A DNA stretch of 48,908 bases from positions 22,150-71,057 of the forward strand of contig JACRPR010000082.1 in NCBI GenBank assembly GCA_016223105.1, in the 5' to 3' direction. The DNA comes from Chloroflexota bacterium (GTDB lineage Bacteria > Chloroflexota > Anaerolineae > UBA4142). How positions within the stretch are numbered: the first letter of the stretch is position 1; each line of letters starts with the position of its first letter. Position numbers and translations under genes: made by a program. A model generated the notes under the pieces. That model saw only the letters and a program-made list of their open reading frames with translations, did not search any database and had not been told where the DNA came from. Shown piece after piece: positions 1 through 11,453 of the stretch.

Positions 1-17
1 TGATAGCCAAGGAACTC

Positions 18-1436
18 ATGAAAATTTTTAGCGAAGCAAACTATGAATATGTTTTCGGAAAGCCAGGTGAGGCTGGTGTGCCTTTACGGATTGTGTCATA
101 CGCGCGGGATGGGGCACAAGTTTACTCACATGCGACCAAAATGTTACGAGTCGTACGAAGTGCTTACGTTGATACAAAATTGCATTGGTTTCAAGACGAA
201 TTAGCAGCCATTGCTCAAGAGGTTATCAGAAGTATTGAAGAATTTTGTGGCGAATATTTTCGCACGATTTCAAGTATCCAAGATGGTATGCCTGGTAATT
301 TTAATATCAGGTTCAAATGGTCTCCGCCTGATCCGATGTTCTCAGAAACCAAGATCGCAGAATCCATGGATCAAATAGTTAAACCGTTTAGAAGAGTAGG
401 AAAATCTGGGCTTGGACTATTTGTAGGGCAAAACACGATAAAGGAGAGAATTCGTTTTCAAATCAAACTTGCCCAAAAACGCGGAGCCCCGCTAAATCAT
501 ATGCTCATGTGTGGCCCAGATGGTGAGGGCAAAGCTTGGCTTGCTATGTGTGTAATTAACGAAATGCAAGCTCAAGGAACAAAAGGTGTTGTGGATCAAT
601 TTACAAATGTCGAGTTCCTTGATCACATAATCTCGAATTTTGGGGAAGGTGAGATTTTTTTGCTGGAACACCTTGATCGTTTGAATCAAAGATGTACTTC
701 CCAACTAGCTGAATATTTGATGAGTACTCGTGCGACGCCGTTGCCATCAAATGGACCGAAGTCACCGCGTTTTACCTTAATCGGAACAACATCACAACCA
801 AATGCAATTCGTGCACCCTTGCTAGCGAGTTTTGATGTCCGTTTGGATTTTGCCCCCTATACTCCGGAGGAGCTCGAATCCATAATATTCTTATTATTCT
901 ACGAAACTGTCCCGCCGATTGATTCATCAGCAGTTACTGAAATCATAAGACGGGCAAACGGAAGTCTTCAATCTGCAACCAGGTTGATGAAGCAGGCAAG
1001 GGAATTTGCTATTGTAAATGATCGCAGTTTTATTTCGGGCGATCTTGTATTAAACGCGGTTGGCATTTCATCAAGCGATTCTGTGGAAAAGGACATGACG
1101 GGCGTCGCGTTTGAAATCAAGTGCATGAATTTATTACGGAGAAGGAATTTCGAAGTCAGGTTGACGAGCAGAACTTCGGATGGGGGTATAGATTTGATTG
1201 CATTCTCAAGTGACCCGGTGATTGGTGGCAAGTATGTCGTTCAATGTAAGGACTGGGCTGGATCGGTAGGTGCACCTGTAGTGCGTGATTTGTATGGCGT
1301 TGTGCATGCAGAAGATGCTAACAAGGGCATATTGATAACTGCATCTTCTTTCACTCAAGAAGCGTTGAATTTTGCAATGGGGAAAAGATTGGAACTGATT
1401 GATGGTGCAATGTTGGGCTATCTACTTGCCGAATGA
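18..1436 (+). CDS. Fusion: unknown N-terminal domain + degenerate RuvB-like AAA+ domain + C-terminal Mrr-family restriction endonuclease
   Basis: RuvB-like segments FVGQNTIKE, HMLMCGPDGEGKAWLA, FTLIGTT, RLDFAPY. Mrr motifs FE..SDGGIDLIA..VVQCK..VGAPVVRDLYG..GILIT.SSFT..A..LELIDG. Visibly AT-richer than downstream genes. Confidence 0.8.
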   Translation: MKIFSEANYEYVFGKPGEAGVPLRIVSYARDGAQVYSHATKMLRVVRSAYVDTKLHWFQDELAAIAQEVIRSIEEFCGEYFRTISSIQDGMPGNFNIRFKWSPPDPMFSETKIAESMDQIVKPFRRVGKSGLGLFVGQNTIKERIRFQIKLAQKRGAPLNHMLMCGPDGEGKAWLAMCVINEMQAQGTKGVVDQFTNVEFLDHIISNFGEGEIFLLEHLDRLNQRCTSQLAEYLMSTRATPLPSNGPKSPRFTLIGTTSQPNAIRAPLLASFDVRLDFAPYTPEELESIIFLLFYETVPPIDSSAVTEIIRRANGSLQSATRLMKQAREFAIVNDRSFISGDLVLNAVGISSSDSVEKDMTGVAFEIKCMNLLRRRNFEVRLTSRTSDGGIDLIAFSSDPVIGGKYVVQCKDWAGSVGAPVVRDLYGVVHAEDANKGILITASSFTQEALNFAMGKRLELIDGAMLGYLLAE

Positions 1437-1479
1437 TAATGCCTGGTAATAATTCGACCCTTAATGACAAAGGAAGAAA

Positions 1480-3549
1480 TTGATGAATCACCCAACCAAC
1501 CCACTCGACCACCTCTGCATCAACACCATCCGCTTTCTCGCGGTGGACGCGATTCAGAAAGCGAACAGCGGACATCCCGGCTTGCCGATGGGCGGTGCGC
1601 CAATGGCGTATACGCTCTGGACGCGTTTTCTCAAACACAGTCCCAGCAATCCGCAGTGGCACAATCGTGATCGGTTCGTCTTGTCCGGCGGACACGGCTC
1701 GATGTTGTTGTACGCGTTACTGCATCTTACCGGTTACGATCTACCGCTCGATCAACTCAAACAATTTCGACAATGGGAAAGTCTGACCCCAGGACATCCC
1801 GAACGCGGCGTCGCGCCCGGCGTCGAAACGACGACGGGACCGCTCGGTCAAGGATTCGGCAACGCGATTGGAATGGCGGTTGCAGAAAAATTTCTCTCAG
1901 CGCGCTATAATCGTCCTGGTTTTGAAATCGTCCATCATCACACCTATTGCCTGCTCGGCGACGGCGATATGATGGAAGGCATCGCGTCCGAAGCCGCGTC
2001 GCTCGCGGGACATTGGCGGCTTGGCAAATTGATTTGTTTGTACGACGACAATCGCATTTCGCTCGCGGGTGCGACGAATTTATCGTTCAGCGAAGATCGC
2101 GCGAAACGCTTCGAGGCGTACGGCTGGCAAACGATCACGGTGGACGATGGGAACGATGTCGCCGCGATCGATCGCGCGATTCGCGCGGCGCAAGCCGAAA
2201 CCGACAAGCCAACCTTGATCCTGGTTCACACGATCATCGGTTACGGCGCGCCGCACAAACAAAACACGTTCGAGATTCACGGCGCGCCACTCGGCGCCGA
2301 TGAAGTGAAAGCGACGAAGCAAAACCTGGGATGGAATCCCGACGAATCGTTCGTCGTGCCGGGCAATGCGCTCGAACATTTCCGCGAAGCGATTGACGCC
2401 GGAAAAAAATCGGAAAGCGAGTGGAACGCGCGCTTTGCCGCGTACGCACAACAATTCCCGGAACTCGCGCGTGAGTACGAAACGATAATGCGCGGCGAAT
2501 TGCCGGCAAACTGGGATTCCGCGATCCCGGTTTTTCCGGCGGATGCCAAAGGTCTCGCGACGCGCGCATCTGGCGGGCAAGTGTTGAACGCGCTCGCAAA
2601 AAACATTCCGAACCTCATCGGCGGATCGGCGGACTTGAATCCTTCGACGAACACCGCGCTCAAAGGTCTCGGCGATTTTATGCCGCCCGAATTTGCGAGC
2701 GGCGATACGCAAGGCGCGGTCGGCGGCGGATTCGGTTACACCGGACGCAATTTGCATTTCGGCGTGCGCGAACACGCGATGGGCGCGATCGCGAACGGAC
2801 TCGCTCTGCACGGCGGCATCATTCCGTTCACCGCGACGTTTCTCACATTTTCCGATTATATGCGCGGCTCGATGCGGCTCGCGGCGATTATGGAACTGCC
2901 GGTGATTTTCGTTTTCACGCACGACAGCATCGGCGTCGGCGAAGACGGACCGACGCATCAGCCGGTCGAACATTTCGCGGCGTTGCGCGCGATTCCGCAT
3001 CTCACCGTGATTCGTCCCGGCGATGCGAACGAAGTCGCGGTCGCGTGGCGCGTCGCGATTGAATCGCGCAAACCGGTTGCGCTTGTCTTCACGCGCCAAA
3101 ATGTGCCGACGTTGGATCGCACCCTGAGCGGAGTCGAAGGGTACGCACCGGCGGATGGATTGCGACGCGGCGCGTACATTCTCGCCGATGTGCCGAATCC
3201 GCAGATCATTTTGATCGCGAGCGGATCCGAAGTGTCGTTGATTGTCGCCGCGCAGAAAAAATTGGCGGAGCAAGGAATCGCCGCGCGGGTTGTCGCGATG
3301 CCATCCTGGGAATTGTTCGACGCGCAATCCCAGGATTATCGCGACCTGGTTTTGCCGCCGCACATTCGCGCGCGGCTCGCGGTCGAAGCCGGTGTAACCC
3401 AGGGCTGGCACAAGTACGTCGGACTCGACGGTGATGTGATCGGCGTGGATCGTTTTGGCGCGAGCGCGCCGTTCGCGGTGGTCTTTGAAAAGTACGGGTT
3501 TACTGTTGACAATGTCGTCGCGCGCGCGCGCAAGTTGGTTGAAAAATAA
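1480..3549 (+). CDS. tkt: Transketolase
   Basis: [37 protein letters not shown] (ThDP motif), [25 protein letters not shown]; 689 aa. Start could be ATG 1483. Confidence 0.97.
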   Translation: MMNHPTNPLDHLCINTIRFLAVDAIQKANSGHPGLPMGGAPMAYTLWTRFLKHSPSNPQWHNRDRFVLSGGHGSMLLYALLHLTGYDLPLDQLKQFRQWESLTPGHPERGVAPGVETTTGPLGQGFGNAIGMAVAEKFLSARYNRPGFEIVHHHTYCLLGDGDMMEGIASEAASLAGHWRLGKLICLYDDNRISLAGATNLSFSEDRAKRFEAYGWQTITVDDGNDVAAIDRAIRAAQAETDKPTLILVHTIIGYGAPHKQNTFEIHGAPLGADEVKATKQNLGWNPDESFVVPGNALEHFREAIDAGKKSESEWNARFAAYAQQFPELAREYETIMRGELPANWDSAIPVFPADAKGLATRASGGQVLNALAKNIPNLIGGSADLNPSTNTALKGLGDFMPPEFASGDTQGAVGGGFGYTGRNLHFGVREHAMGAIANGLALHGGIIPFTATFLTFSDYMRGSMRLAAIMELPVIFVFTHDSIGVGEDGPTHQPVEHFAALRAIPHLTVIRPGDANEVAVAWRVAIESRKPVALVFTRQNVPTLDRTLSGVEGYAPADGLRRGAYILADVPNPQIILIASGSEVSLIVAAQKKLAEQGIAARVVAMPSWELFDAQSQDYRDLVLPPHIRARLAVEAGVTQGWHKYVGLDGDVIGVDRFGASAPFAVVFEKYGFTVDNVVARARKLVEK
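3120..3142. repeat. REP-like fragment CACCCTGAGCGGAGTCGAAGGGT, in frame inside tkt (TLSGVEG)
   Basis: Closely matches CATCCTGAGCGGAGGCGAAGGAT at 9502-9524; adds residues in the TLDR..YAPA loop. Confidence 0.65.
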
Positions 3550-3551
3550 AG

Positions 3552-3632
3552 CGAGTGGCGGAGCGGGAGAGTGGGAGAGGGGGTGAGAGGGAGAATCTTC
3601 TCCCCCTCTCCCACTCTCTCCTTCTCCCACTC
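3552..3632. repeat. Inverted array of ~8-nt purine/pyrimidine repeats (GGGAGAGT.. / ..CTCTCCC) forming a hairpin
   Basis: GAGTGGCGGAGCGGGAGAGTGGGAGAGGGGGTGAGAGGGAGA followed by the complementary TCTCCCCCTCTCCCACTCTCTCCTTCTCCCACTC, right after the tkt stop. Confidence 0.75.
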
Positions 3633-3644
3633 GACAAAGAAACG

Positions 3645-4490
3645 ATGACCACACTCGTCCACGCTCTCCCCATCACCGCGCTCGTGCTCGTGCTGATTTA
3701 CAAATGGTTCGCGCTTGATGATCGCTACGCGGTGTTTCTCTACAATCATCTAAACGCGACGCCGTTCGACGCGGTAACGACGAGCCGCTATTGGATGGCC
3801 GGTTTGGTCGCAAGCGCGATTGTGATGCTGGGTTACATCGCGGCAAATTTTTTAATCGCGCGCTTCAAACGCGATTACTGCGCGCCGACCTGGTGGCATG
3901 TGTGGTTGACCTGCGCGGTGCCACTCGCACTTGCGATCCCGTTGATCGTGATGAACGTCAACACGCCGACGATGCCGATTGAAATCGCGTTGATGCTTGT
4001 CGCCGCGACCTTGATTGGTCTTGTGATCGCGTTGATGCCGGGATCGCTCGCGGCGCATCACCCGCGCCAACTCGCGTGGATCGGCTTGGATGGCTGGGGA
4101 CTCATCCCGGTTTTATCATTGTTGCGCGCGATTGAATTGCCGGGGCGCGGCTTGTCGGTGCGCGCGGATGTGGCGTACGCGTTCGCGATTGGCAGTGTTG
4201 TTTTTGGAATCGTGTGGCTCGTCGCGCTGAACGGTTTCCGCGCGCGACGGCACATTCCATCGCCGCGCGCGTGGCAAGTGTACGGCGCGGGCTTGGGGTG
4301 GTGTTATATTTTTCTGCCGCTCGTGCATTACCTGATCGCGACGCCCGCGCAATTCAAATACATCACGTCGGCGTCTAACTTTTTCGCGTTCGATCCATTT
4401 TTGCAACTCGCAACATTTATCGTCGCGGGGGTCCTGGTTTTCGCGAATGAAAAATTTTGGTCTTGGCGTTTGCGAAAATCAATCGCGTAA
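3645..4490 (+). CDS. Uncharacterised multi-pass membrane protein
   Basis: About 8 hydrophobic segments, host-like codon usage. ATG 3645 preferred because the upstream in-frame extension is the repeat array. Confidence 0.75.
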   Translation: MTTLVHALPITALVLVLIYKWFALDDRYAVFLYNHLNATPFDAVTTSRYWMAGLVASAIVMLGYIAANFLIARFKRDYCAPTWWHVWLTCAVPLALAIPLIVMNVNTPTMPIEIALMLVAATLIGLVIALMPGSLAAHHPRQLAWIGLDGWGLIPVLSLLRAIELPGRGLSVRADVAYAFAIGSVVFGIVWLVALNGFRARRHIPSPRAWQVYGAGLGWCYIFLPLVHYLIATPAQFKYITSASNFFAFDPFLQLATFIVAGVLVFANEKFWSWRLRKSIA

Positions 4491-4560
4491 ACGCGCGACT
4501 CCAAAAATTGATTCACGCATCACGATTTACGTTTTACGCTTTACGTTTTACGGAGCAACT

Positions 4561-5013
4561 ATGAACATCGCCCTCGGCGCAGATCACGGCGGCTTTTCGC
4601 TCAAGCAAACCGTCGTTGACGAATTGACCAAACTTGGGCATACTATCGTGGACTGCGGCGCGCGCGCGTACGATAAACTCGACGACTATCCCGATTTCGC
4701 GCGCGCGGTCGGCGCGGCGATTCAACGCGGCGACGCAACGCGCGGGATTGTGATCTGCGGTTCCGGCGTTGGCGCGGCGATCGCATCGAATAAATTACGC
4801 GGCATTCGCGCGTGCGTGTGCCACGACACGTACTCGGCGCGGCAGGGCGTCGAGCACGACGACCTGAATGTGTTGTGCCTCGGCGCGCGCATCATCGGCG
4901 ACGAACTCGCGAAAGAAATCGTGCGCGCGTTCGCGTCCGCGCAATTTTCGACTGAAGCGCGATTCCATCGCCGCCGCGCCAAAGTGTTGGAGATCGAACG
5001 CGACCAAGCATAA
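4561..5013 (+). CDS. rpiB: Ribose-5-phosphate isomerase B
   Basis: MNIALGADHGG, DDYPDFA, ICGSGVG, SNKLRGIRA, EHDDLNVLCLGAR; GGAG RBS before ATG 4561. Confidence 0.96.
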   Translation: MNIALGADHGGFSLKQTVVDELTKLGHTIVDCGARAYDKLDDYPDFARAVGAAIQRGDATRGIVICGSGVGAAIASNKLRGIRACVCHDTYSARQGVEHDDLNVLCLGARIIGDELAKEIVRAFASAQFSTEARFHRRRAKVLEIERDQA

Positions 5014-5058
5014 TCAGTGAACAGTAAACGGTGTTCACTTTTATAACAAGGAGTTACG

Positions 5059-7812
5059 ATGAGCAATTCACTGCGCGACCTCAAACAACTCGGACAGTCC
5101 ATCTGGCTCGATAGCATTCGCCGCACGCACATCACCGCGGGCGGCTTGCAAAAATTGATTGACGACGACGGCATTCGCGGCGAAACCTCCAACCCAGCGA
5201 TTTTTGAAAAAGCGATCGCGGGCAGTCGCGATTACGACGACGACGTGCGCGAATTGATCGCCGCCGGAAAAAACGCGCTCGAAATTTATGAGACGCTCGC
5301 GCTCAAAGATGTGCAAATGGCGTGCGATGTTTTTCGCGCGACGTACGACGCGACCCAGGGCGGCGATGGTTTCGTCAGTCTCGAAGTCTCGCCGAAACTC
5401 GCGTACGATCCGCGCGGCACGATTGTCGAAGCCAAGCGTTTGTTCGCCGCGGTGAATCGCCCGAACGTGATGATCAAAATTCCCGGCACGCCCCAGGGTT
5501 TGCCCGCGATTGAAGAATGTTTGTACAGCGGACTCAACATCAACATCACGCTCTTGTTCGCGGTCGAAGCGTACGAGCAAGTCGCGTGGACGTACGTGCG
5601 CGCGCTCGAACGCCGCGCCGCCGAAGGCAAACCGATTGATCGCATCGCGTCGGTCGCGAGTTTTTTCGTCAGCCGCATTGACACGCTAGCGGATTCATTG
5701 CTCGCGCAAAAAGGACAAACCGCGTTGCAAGGCAAAGCCGCGATTGCGAACGCGCAAATGGCGTACGCGCTCTTCAAAACGATTTTCGCCGATCCGCGTT
5801 TTATCGCGTTAAAAGCGCGCGGCGCGCGCGCGCAACGACCGTTGTGGGCAAGCACGAGCACGAAAAATCCAAACTATCGCGACGTGCTGTACGTCGAATC
5901 GCTGATCGGTCCCGACACGATCAACACCCTGCCGCTGGAAACGATTGACGCGTTTCGCGATCACGGCATCGCGCGCGCGACGATTGAAGACGATCTCGAC
6001 GGCGCGCGCCGCGCGTTGCGTGAAATCGAAGACGCCGGTGTTTCGATGCAAGCGGTTACGCGCCAGGTTCTCGATGAGGGTGTGCTCAAATTCGACCAGG
6101 CGTTCGATCAATTGCTCGCGAGTGTTGAAGCGAAAATTACGGCGGCGACGAGCGCGCGGCAAAGCGCGAACCTCGGACGGTACACCAAAGAGGTCGAGGA
6201 GATTCTTCGCTTCGCTCAGAATGACAAATTGGCGGAGCGGATTTGGAAAAAAGACCCGGCGGTGTGGAAGCCGAGTCCAAAAGATCAAAATGAAATCGTG
6301 GATCGGCTGGGCTGGCTCACGGTCGCGCGCGATCTGCAAAACCAGGTCGGCGATCTGCGCGCGTTCGGCGATGAGATCAAACGCGCGGGTTACAAATCGG
6401 TCGTGTTGTGCGGAATGGGCGGCTCGAGTTTGTGCGTCGAGGTTCTGCGCGATACGCTCGGCGTCGCGCGCGGCTATCCCAAAATGTTTATCCTCGACAC
6501 AACCGATCCCGCGGCGATTCGCGCGGTTGAGCGCAAAATTGATGCGAAGAAAACCGTGTTTATCATCGCGAGCAAATCGGGCGGCACGGTTGAAACGTTT
6601 TCGCACTACAAATATTTCGCCGCCAAAGTGCCCGCGCAAAATTTCGTCGCGATCACCGACCCAGGTTCGGGTTTGGAAAAACTCGCGCGTGAAAAAGGGT
6701 TTCGCCGCGTGTTCCTGAATCCAGCCGACATCGGCGGACGTTATTCCGCGTTGTCGCTTTTCGGGCTTGTGCCGGCGGCGTTGATGGGAATTGATCTCGA
6801 ACGCTTGCTCGCGCGCGGCGAAGAAATGGCGCGCGCGTGCGCGGCGGAAAAAAATCCCGGTGTATGGCTTGGCGTCGTGTGGGCGACGCTCGCGCAACGC
6901 GGGCGCGATAAAATTACGATCATTCCGTCACGCGGTCTCGAAACATTTGGCGCGTGGGCAGAACAGTTGATCGCGGAATCTACCGGCAAAGAGGGCAAAG
7001 GTCTCGTGCCGATTGATGGCGAGCCGCACGCGCCGGTGTCGCAGTACGGCGCGGATCGCGTCTTTGTGTATTTGCGTTTGTCCGGCGCAAAAAATGCCGC
7101 GCTCGATCGCAAAGTAACCGCGCTCGAAGAATCGGGGCAACCGGTGGTGCGCTTGTCCTTGCGCGATGTGTACGACATCGGCGCGGAATTTTTCCGCTGG
7201 GAATTTGCGACGGCGGTCGCGGGCGTGCGGCTTGGCATCAACGCGTTCGATCAACCGAATGTGCAGGAATCGAAAGATAACACCAAACGCGTTTTGGAAA
7301 GTAAAAAACTCAAAACGGAAAAACCGGTGTGGCAGAACAAGCAATTCGCAATTTATGCGACGGATAAAATCAAAGCGAAAACTCTGCGCGATGTTTTGCG
7401 CGCGTTCATCGCGCAAGCAAATGACGGGGATTATCTCGCGGTGATGGCGTACCTCGAACGCGCGTCGAAGACGGAACGCGCGTTGCAATCCATGCGCGTC
7501 GCCGCGCGGCGCGCGACCAAAATCGCGACGACGCTCGGTTACGGTCCGCGCTTTTTGCACTCGACGGGACAGTTACACAAGGGCGGCGCGAACAATGTGC
7601 TCGGGTTGCAAATCACCGCGGAGGATCGCGCGGACGCGAAAATCCCGGACGCGGCGTACTCGTTCGGCGCGCTCAAACGCGCGCAAGCGCAGGGCGATTG
7701 GCAATCGTTCAAAGATCACAAACGCCGCGCGTTGCGCGTGCATTTAAAACGCGGCGCGACGCTCGCGCAATTCGTGAAAGAATTTGCGAGCGCGCTGAAA
7801 GCAATCAAATAA
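5059..7812 (+). CDS. tal-pgi: Bifunctional transaldolase / glucose-6-phosphate isomerase
   Basis: Tal: [40 protein letters not shown]. Pgi: [58 protein letters not shown]. Confidence 0.95.
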   Translation: MSNSLRDLKQLGQSIWLDSIRRTHITAGGLQKLIDDDGIRGETSNPAIFEKAIAGSRDYDDDVRELIAAGKNALEIYETLALKDVQMACDVFRATYDATQGGDGFVSLEVSPKLAYDPRGTIVEAKRLFAAVNRPNVMIKIPGTPQGLPAIEECLYSGLNINITLLFAVEAYEQVAWTYVRALERRAAEGKPIDRIASVASFFVSRIDTLADSLLAQKGQTALQGKAAIANAQMAYALFKTIFADPRFIALKARGARAQRPLWASTSTKNPNYRDVLYVESLIGPDTINTLPLETIDAFRDHGIARATIEDDLDGARRALREIEDAGVSMQAVTRQVLDEGVLKFDQAFDQLLASVEAKITAATSARQSANLGRYTKEVEEILRFAQNDKLAERIWKKDPAVWKPSPKDQNEIVDRLGWLTVARDLQNQVGDLRAFGDEIKRAGYKSVVLCGMGGSSLCVEVLRDTLGVARGYPKMFILDTTDPAAIRAVERKIDAKKTVFIIASKSGGTVETFSHYKYFAAKVPAQNFVAITDPGSGLEKLAREKGFRRVFLNPADIGGRYSALSLFGLVPAALMGIDLERLLARGEEMARACAAEKNPGVWLGVVWATLAQRGRDKITIIPSRGLETFGAWAEQLIAESTGKEGKGLVPIDGEPHAPVSQYGADRVFVYLRLSGAKNAALDRKVTALEESGQPVVRLSLRDVYDIGAEFFRWEFATAVAGVRLGINAFDQPNVQESKDNTKRVLESKKLKTEKPVWQNKQFAIYATDKIKAKTLRDVLRAFIAQANDGDYLAVMAYLERASKTERALQSMRVAARRATKIATTLGYGPRFLHSTGQLHKGGANNVLGLQITAEDRADAKIPDAAYSFGALKRAQAQGDWQSFKDHKRRALRVHLKRGATLAQFVKEFASALKAIK
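6199..6226. repeat. Right arm of palindromic element (GAGATTCTTCGCTTCGCTCAGAATGACA), in frame in tal-pgi (EILRFAQND)
   Basis: Nearly identical to the right arm of the intergenic element at 10194-10263. Confidence 0.85.
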
Positions 7813-9332
7813 TGGATGTTCAATCGGGACACTTGCGCGTCGGCTTGCCCGCGCAAAAAATGCCGCCGCCCGCGACACTCGTCATTTTTGGCGCGACCGG
7901 CGATCTGACGCAACGCAAACTTTTGCCCGCGCTGTTCGATCTGTACTGCGATAAACGTTTGCCCGAAGGATTCAGCGTGATCGGATTCGCGCGCCGCGAA
8001 AAATCGTCCGATGAATTTCGCGTCGAGATGCGCGAAGCGGTCGCGAAATTCGCGCGCAACAATCCAATGGGTAATGCCAAGTGGGACACGTTCGCGCGCG
8101 GCTTGTATTATCATCAAGCCGAGTTTCACGATTTGAACGGGTGCATCGGGCTGGCGCGCTTGTGTGACAAGATTGATCAAGAACGCGGCACGCAGGGCAA
8201 TCGTTTGTTTTATCTCGCAACCGCGCCGGAATATTACGCGCTGATCATCAAACAGTTGGGCGAAGCCGGACTCGCGCGTTCGGAAAAAGGATGGGCGCGC
8301 ATCATCATCGAAAAACCATTCGGGCGCAATCTGACCAGCGCGCAAGAATTAAATCGTGACGTGTTGGCGGTGTTCGACGAATCCCAGGTCTATCGCATTG
8401 ATCACTATCTCGGCAAAGAGACGGTGCAAAATATTCTGGCGTTTCGTTTTGCGAACGCGATTTTCGAGCCGTTGTGGAATCGCAACTATGTGGACAATGT
8501 ACAAATCACCGCGGCGGAATCGGTCGGGGTCGAGGGGCGCGGCGGTTATTACGAAACCGCCGGCGCGTTGCGCGATATGGTGCAATCGCATTTGCTCCAA
8601 CTCGTCGCGCTGACCGCGATGGAGCCGCCGGTCTCATTCGACGCGCAATCGGTGCACGATGAAAAGGTCAAGGTTCTGCGCGCGGTCAACGCGTTGTCGC
8701 CGGAAGAGATCAATAACCAGGTCGTGCGTGGGCAGTACGGCGCGGGAAATAATTTGCCCGGCTATCGCGAAGAATCGCGCGTCGAGCCGGATTCGTGCAC
8801 GGAAACGTACGTCGCGCTGAAACTGGGGATTGATAATTGGCGTTGGGCGGGCGTGCCGTTTTTTGTGCGGACCGGCAAACGTCTGCCGCGCCGCTGTACG
8901 GAAATTATGATTCAATTCAAAACCGTGCCGCATCCCTTGTTCGCACAACAGGTCTCTGAAGGCATCGAGCCGAACATTCTCGAAATTCGTTTGCAACCGG
9001 ACGAAGGGATCAATTTGCGTTTTGCGGTGAAACAACCGGGACAAATCATTCGTTTGCGCGATGTGAAAATGGATTTCTTTTACAAGACCGCGTTCGGCGC
9101 CGCGCCGGGTGAAGCGTACGAAACGCTCTTGCTCGACGCGATGCGCGGCGATTCGACCTTGTTCAACCGGCGCGATGAAGTGGAGATCGCGTGGTCGCTG
9201 ATGACGCCGATTCTCCAACATTGGCAAGACGCGCCGTCGCCGAATTTTCCGAATTACGCGACCGGCACCTGGGGACCCCGCGCCGCCGATAACATGCTTG
9301 CGCGCGATGGGCGCACCTGGCATGAACCGTGA
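7812..9332 (+). CDS. zwf: Glucose-6-phosphate 1-dehydrogenase
   Basis: [41 protein letters not shown]; TAATG coupling to tal-pgi. Confidence 0.97.
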   Translation: MDVQSGHLRVGLPAQKMPPPATLVIFGATGDLTQRKLLPALFDLYCDKRLPEGFSVIGFARREKSSDEFRVEMREAVAKFARNNPMGNAKWDTFARGLYYHQAEFHDLNGCIGLARLCDKIDQERGTQGNRLFYLATAPEYYALIIKQLGEAGLARSEKGWARIIIEKPFGRNLTSAQELNRDVLAVFDESQVYRIDHYLGKETVQNILAFRFANAIFEPLWNRNYVDNVQITAAESVGVEGRGGYYETAGALRDMVQSHLLQLVALTAMEPPVSFDAQSVHDEKVKVLRAVNALSPEEINNQVVRGQYGAGNNLPGYREESRVEPDSCTETYVALKLGIDNWRWAGVPFFVRTGKRLPRRCTEIMIQFKTVPHPLFAQQVSEGIEPNILEIRLQPDEGINLRFAVKQPGQIIRLRDVKMDFFYKTAFGAAPGEAYETLLLDAMRGDSTLFNRRDEVEIAWSLMTPILQHWQDAPSPNFPNYATGTWGPRAADNMLARDGRTWHEP

Positions 9333-9336
9333 GTGA

Positions 9337-9396
9337 ATTTCAGATTTCAGATTTCAAATTGCAGGTTGGAAATCTGAAATCTGAAATTTGAAATTG
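9337..9396. repeat. Inverted heptamer tandem repeat (ATTTCAG)n / (GAAATCT)n
   Basis: Read directly in the zwf-pgl spacer. Confidence 0.85.
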
Positions 9397-9400
9397 CAAA

Positions 9401-10204
9401 ATGCAATCACCCGAAATTGAAATCTTTTCCGACCGTGCCGCGCTGACGCGAGACGCCGCGCGGCGTTTTGTTGCGTGTGCGCGCGACGTGATTGCCGCGC
9501 GCATCCTGAGCGGAGGCGAAGGATATTTTTCGGTCGCGCTCTCCGGCGGATCCACGCCGCGCGATTTGTACGCTCTGCTCGCGACGCCGGAATTTTCGAT
9601 GCAAGTGGATTGGGCGCGCGTCCACATTTTTTTCGGCGATGAGCGCGCGGTGCCGCCCGATCACGCGGACAGCAATTTCAAAATGGCGAACGATGTTTTG
9701 CTTGCGCGTGTGCCACTGCCCGCGCAAAATGTGCATCGTATTCGCACAGAGCTCGCGCCGGATGAAGCCGCGCGCGAGTACGAACGCGAGTTGCGCGATT
9801 TTTTTGTGAACAGCACGCTTCGCGTGAGCGGAACGGAGCGAAGCGGAGTGGAGTCGAAGGACGTGTTGCCGCGTTTCGATTTGGTTTTGCTCGGTCTCGG
9901 CGCGAACGGACACACCGCATCGCTCTTTCCGCGCACGCGCGTTTTGCGGGAACAAGCGCGCTGGGTCGCGGCGGAGTACATTGACGAAATAAAAATGAAT
10001 CGCATCACATTGACCGCGCCGGTGATCAATGCGTCGGCAAATATCCTGTGGCTCGTCGCGGGCGCGGACAAAGCGGCAACGGTGCGCGCGGTTCTGCGCG
10101 GCGCGTATTGCCCCGACGATTTGCCCGCGCAGTTGATCGCGCCGCGCGATGCGCGCGTGGTGTGGTTGATGGATCGAGACGCGGCGCGCGAATTGTCACG
10201 CTGA
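9401..10204 (+). CDS. pgl: 6-phosphogluconolactonase
   Basis: [53 protein letters not shown]. Carries two repeat-derived insertions. Confidence 0.95.
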   Translation: MQSPEIEIFSDRAALTRDAARRFVACARDVIAARILSGGEGYFSVALSGGSTPRDLYALLATPEFSMQVDWARVHIFFGDERAVPPDHADSNFKMANDVLLARVPLPAQNVHRIRTELAPDEAAREYERELRDFFVNSTLRVSGTERSGVESKDVLPRFDLVLLGLGANGHTASLFPRTRVLREQARWVAAEYIDEIKMNRITLTAPVINASANILWLVAGADKAATVRAVLRGAYCPDDLPAQLIAPRDARVVWLMDRDAARELSR

Positions 10205-10263
10205 GCGAAGCGAAGCGTCTCGCTCGCGGTGTGACGAGATTCTTCGCTTCGCTCAGAACGACG
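10194..10263. repeat. Palindromic REP-like element (TGTCACGCTGAGCGAAGCGAAG...CTTCGCTTCGCTCAGAACGAC) overlapping the pgl stop
   Basis: Long inverted repeat; the pgl TGA lies inside the left arm. Confidence 0.85.
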
Positions 10264-10283
10264 AGCTGGAGGATTCAAACCCA

Positions 10284-11453
10284 ATGCAACGCAGACCTGA
10301 AGCAATTCTCGCACTAGAAGACGGCGCGCTTTTTCGCGGACGCGCGTTCGGCGCGCGTGGTGAACACTGCGGCGAAGTCGTCTTCACAACCGGCATGACC
10401 GGCTATCAAGAAGTGTTGACCGATCCATCGTATCACGGACAAATCGTCATTATGACGTGCCCGCACATCGGCAACTATGGCGTGAATGACGACGATGCCG
10501 AATCCGCGCGTCCCTGGGTCAGCGGATTCATCGTGCGCGAAGCGAGCCCGGTTGTTAGCAATTGGCGCGCGACCGGCGATCTCGAATCTTATTTGATCGC
10601 GCACAACATCGTCGCGCTCACCGAGATTGACACGCGCGCACTCGTGCGTCACATTCGCACGCGCGGCGCAATGCGCGGAATTATTTCAAGCGATGATCTC
10701 GATTCAGAATCGCTCATCCACAAATCGCGCGCATCACGCGCAATGTCCGGCGCGGATTTGGCGCGCGAGGTAACATGCACGCAAGTGTACGAATGGAACT
10801 ACGGTGTCATTGCGAGCGAAGCGAAGCAATCCCCAACCAGTGAATTGGAGATTGCTTCGTCGCACAAACCGCTCCTCGCAATGACACGCGCGTTTCACAT
10901 CGTCGCGTACGATTTCGGCATCAAGCACAACATTTTGCGAATGTTCGCGGAACGCGGTTGCCGCGTAACGATTGTCCCGGCAACGACGCGCGCTGAAGAT
11001 GTTCTCGCACTCAAGCCCGACGGAATTTTTTTGTCGAACGGTCCCGGCGATCCCGCCGCGGTAACGTACGCGATTGAGGCGACGAAAAAATTATTGGGGC
11101 GTGTCCCGATTTTTGGAATTTGTCTCGGTCATCAAATCCTGGGTCTCGCGCTCGGCGCGAAAACGTACAAACTTAAATTTGGTCATCGCGGCGGCAACCA
11201 ACCGGTCAAGCATTTGCCGAGCGGCAAAGTTGAAATCACGACGCACAATCACGGTTTCGCGGTGGATGCAAATTCGTTGCCGAACGCTGTTGAGATCACG
11301 CACGTCAATCTCAACGACAATTGCGTCGAAGGATTGCGCCACAAAAATTTACCGGCGTTCAGCGTGCAGTATCATCCCGAAGCCGCGCCCGGTCCGCACG
11401 ACGCGCGCTATTTGTTCGACGAGTTTGCGCGGATGATGAAGGAGTCGAAATGA
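10284..11453 (+). CDS. carA: Carbamoyl-phosphate synthase small subunit
   Basis: [56 protein letters not shown]; GGAGGA RBS. Confidence 0.97.
   Translation: MQRRPEAILALEDGALFRGRAFGARGEHCGEVVFTTGMTGYQEVLTDPSYHGQIVIMTCPHIGNYGVNDDDAESARPWVSGFIVREASPVVSNWRATGDLESYLIAHNIVALTEIDTRALVRHIRTRGAMRGIISSDDLDSESLIHKSRASRAMSGADLAREVTCTQVYEWNYGVIASEAKQSPTSELEIASSHKPLLAMTRAFHIVAYDFGIKHNILRMFAERGCRVTIVPATTRAEDVLALKPDGIFLSNGPGDPAAVTYAIEATKKLLGRVPIFGICLGHQILGLALGAKTYKLKFGHRGGNQPVKHLPSGKVEITTHNHGFAVDANSLPNAVEITHVNLNDNCVEGLRHKNLPAFSVQYHPEAAPGPHDARYLFDEFARMMKESK
10805..10886. repeat. Complete palindromic element TGTCATTGCGAG...CTCGCAATGACA, in frame inside carA
   Basis: 12-bp perfect terminal inverted repeats. 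Same family at 27339-27473 and 45968-46067. Encodes [27 protein letters not shown]. Confidence 0.92.

Noticed and set aside
18-1436. Calling this gene ruvB
   Set aside because: ATPase motifs are degenerate, the C-terminal domain is Mrr, and no ruvA or ruvC is visible.
2080-3654. Long antisense or alternate-frame ORFs (also 5809-6897, 12870-14729, 23815-25053, 30169-31431, 41562-42572)
   Set aside because: Arg/Ala-rich shadows of well-supported genes, expected in GC-rich, stop-poor DNA.
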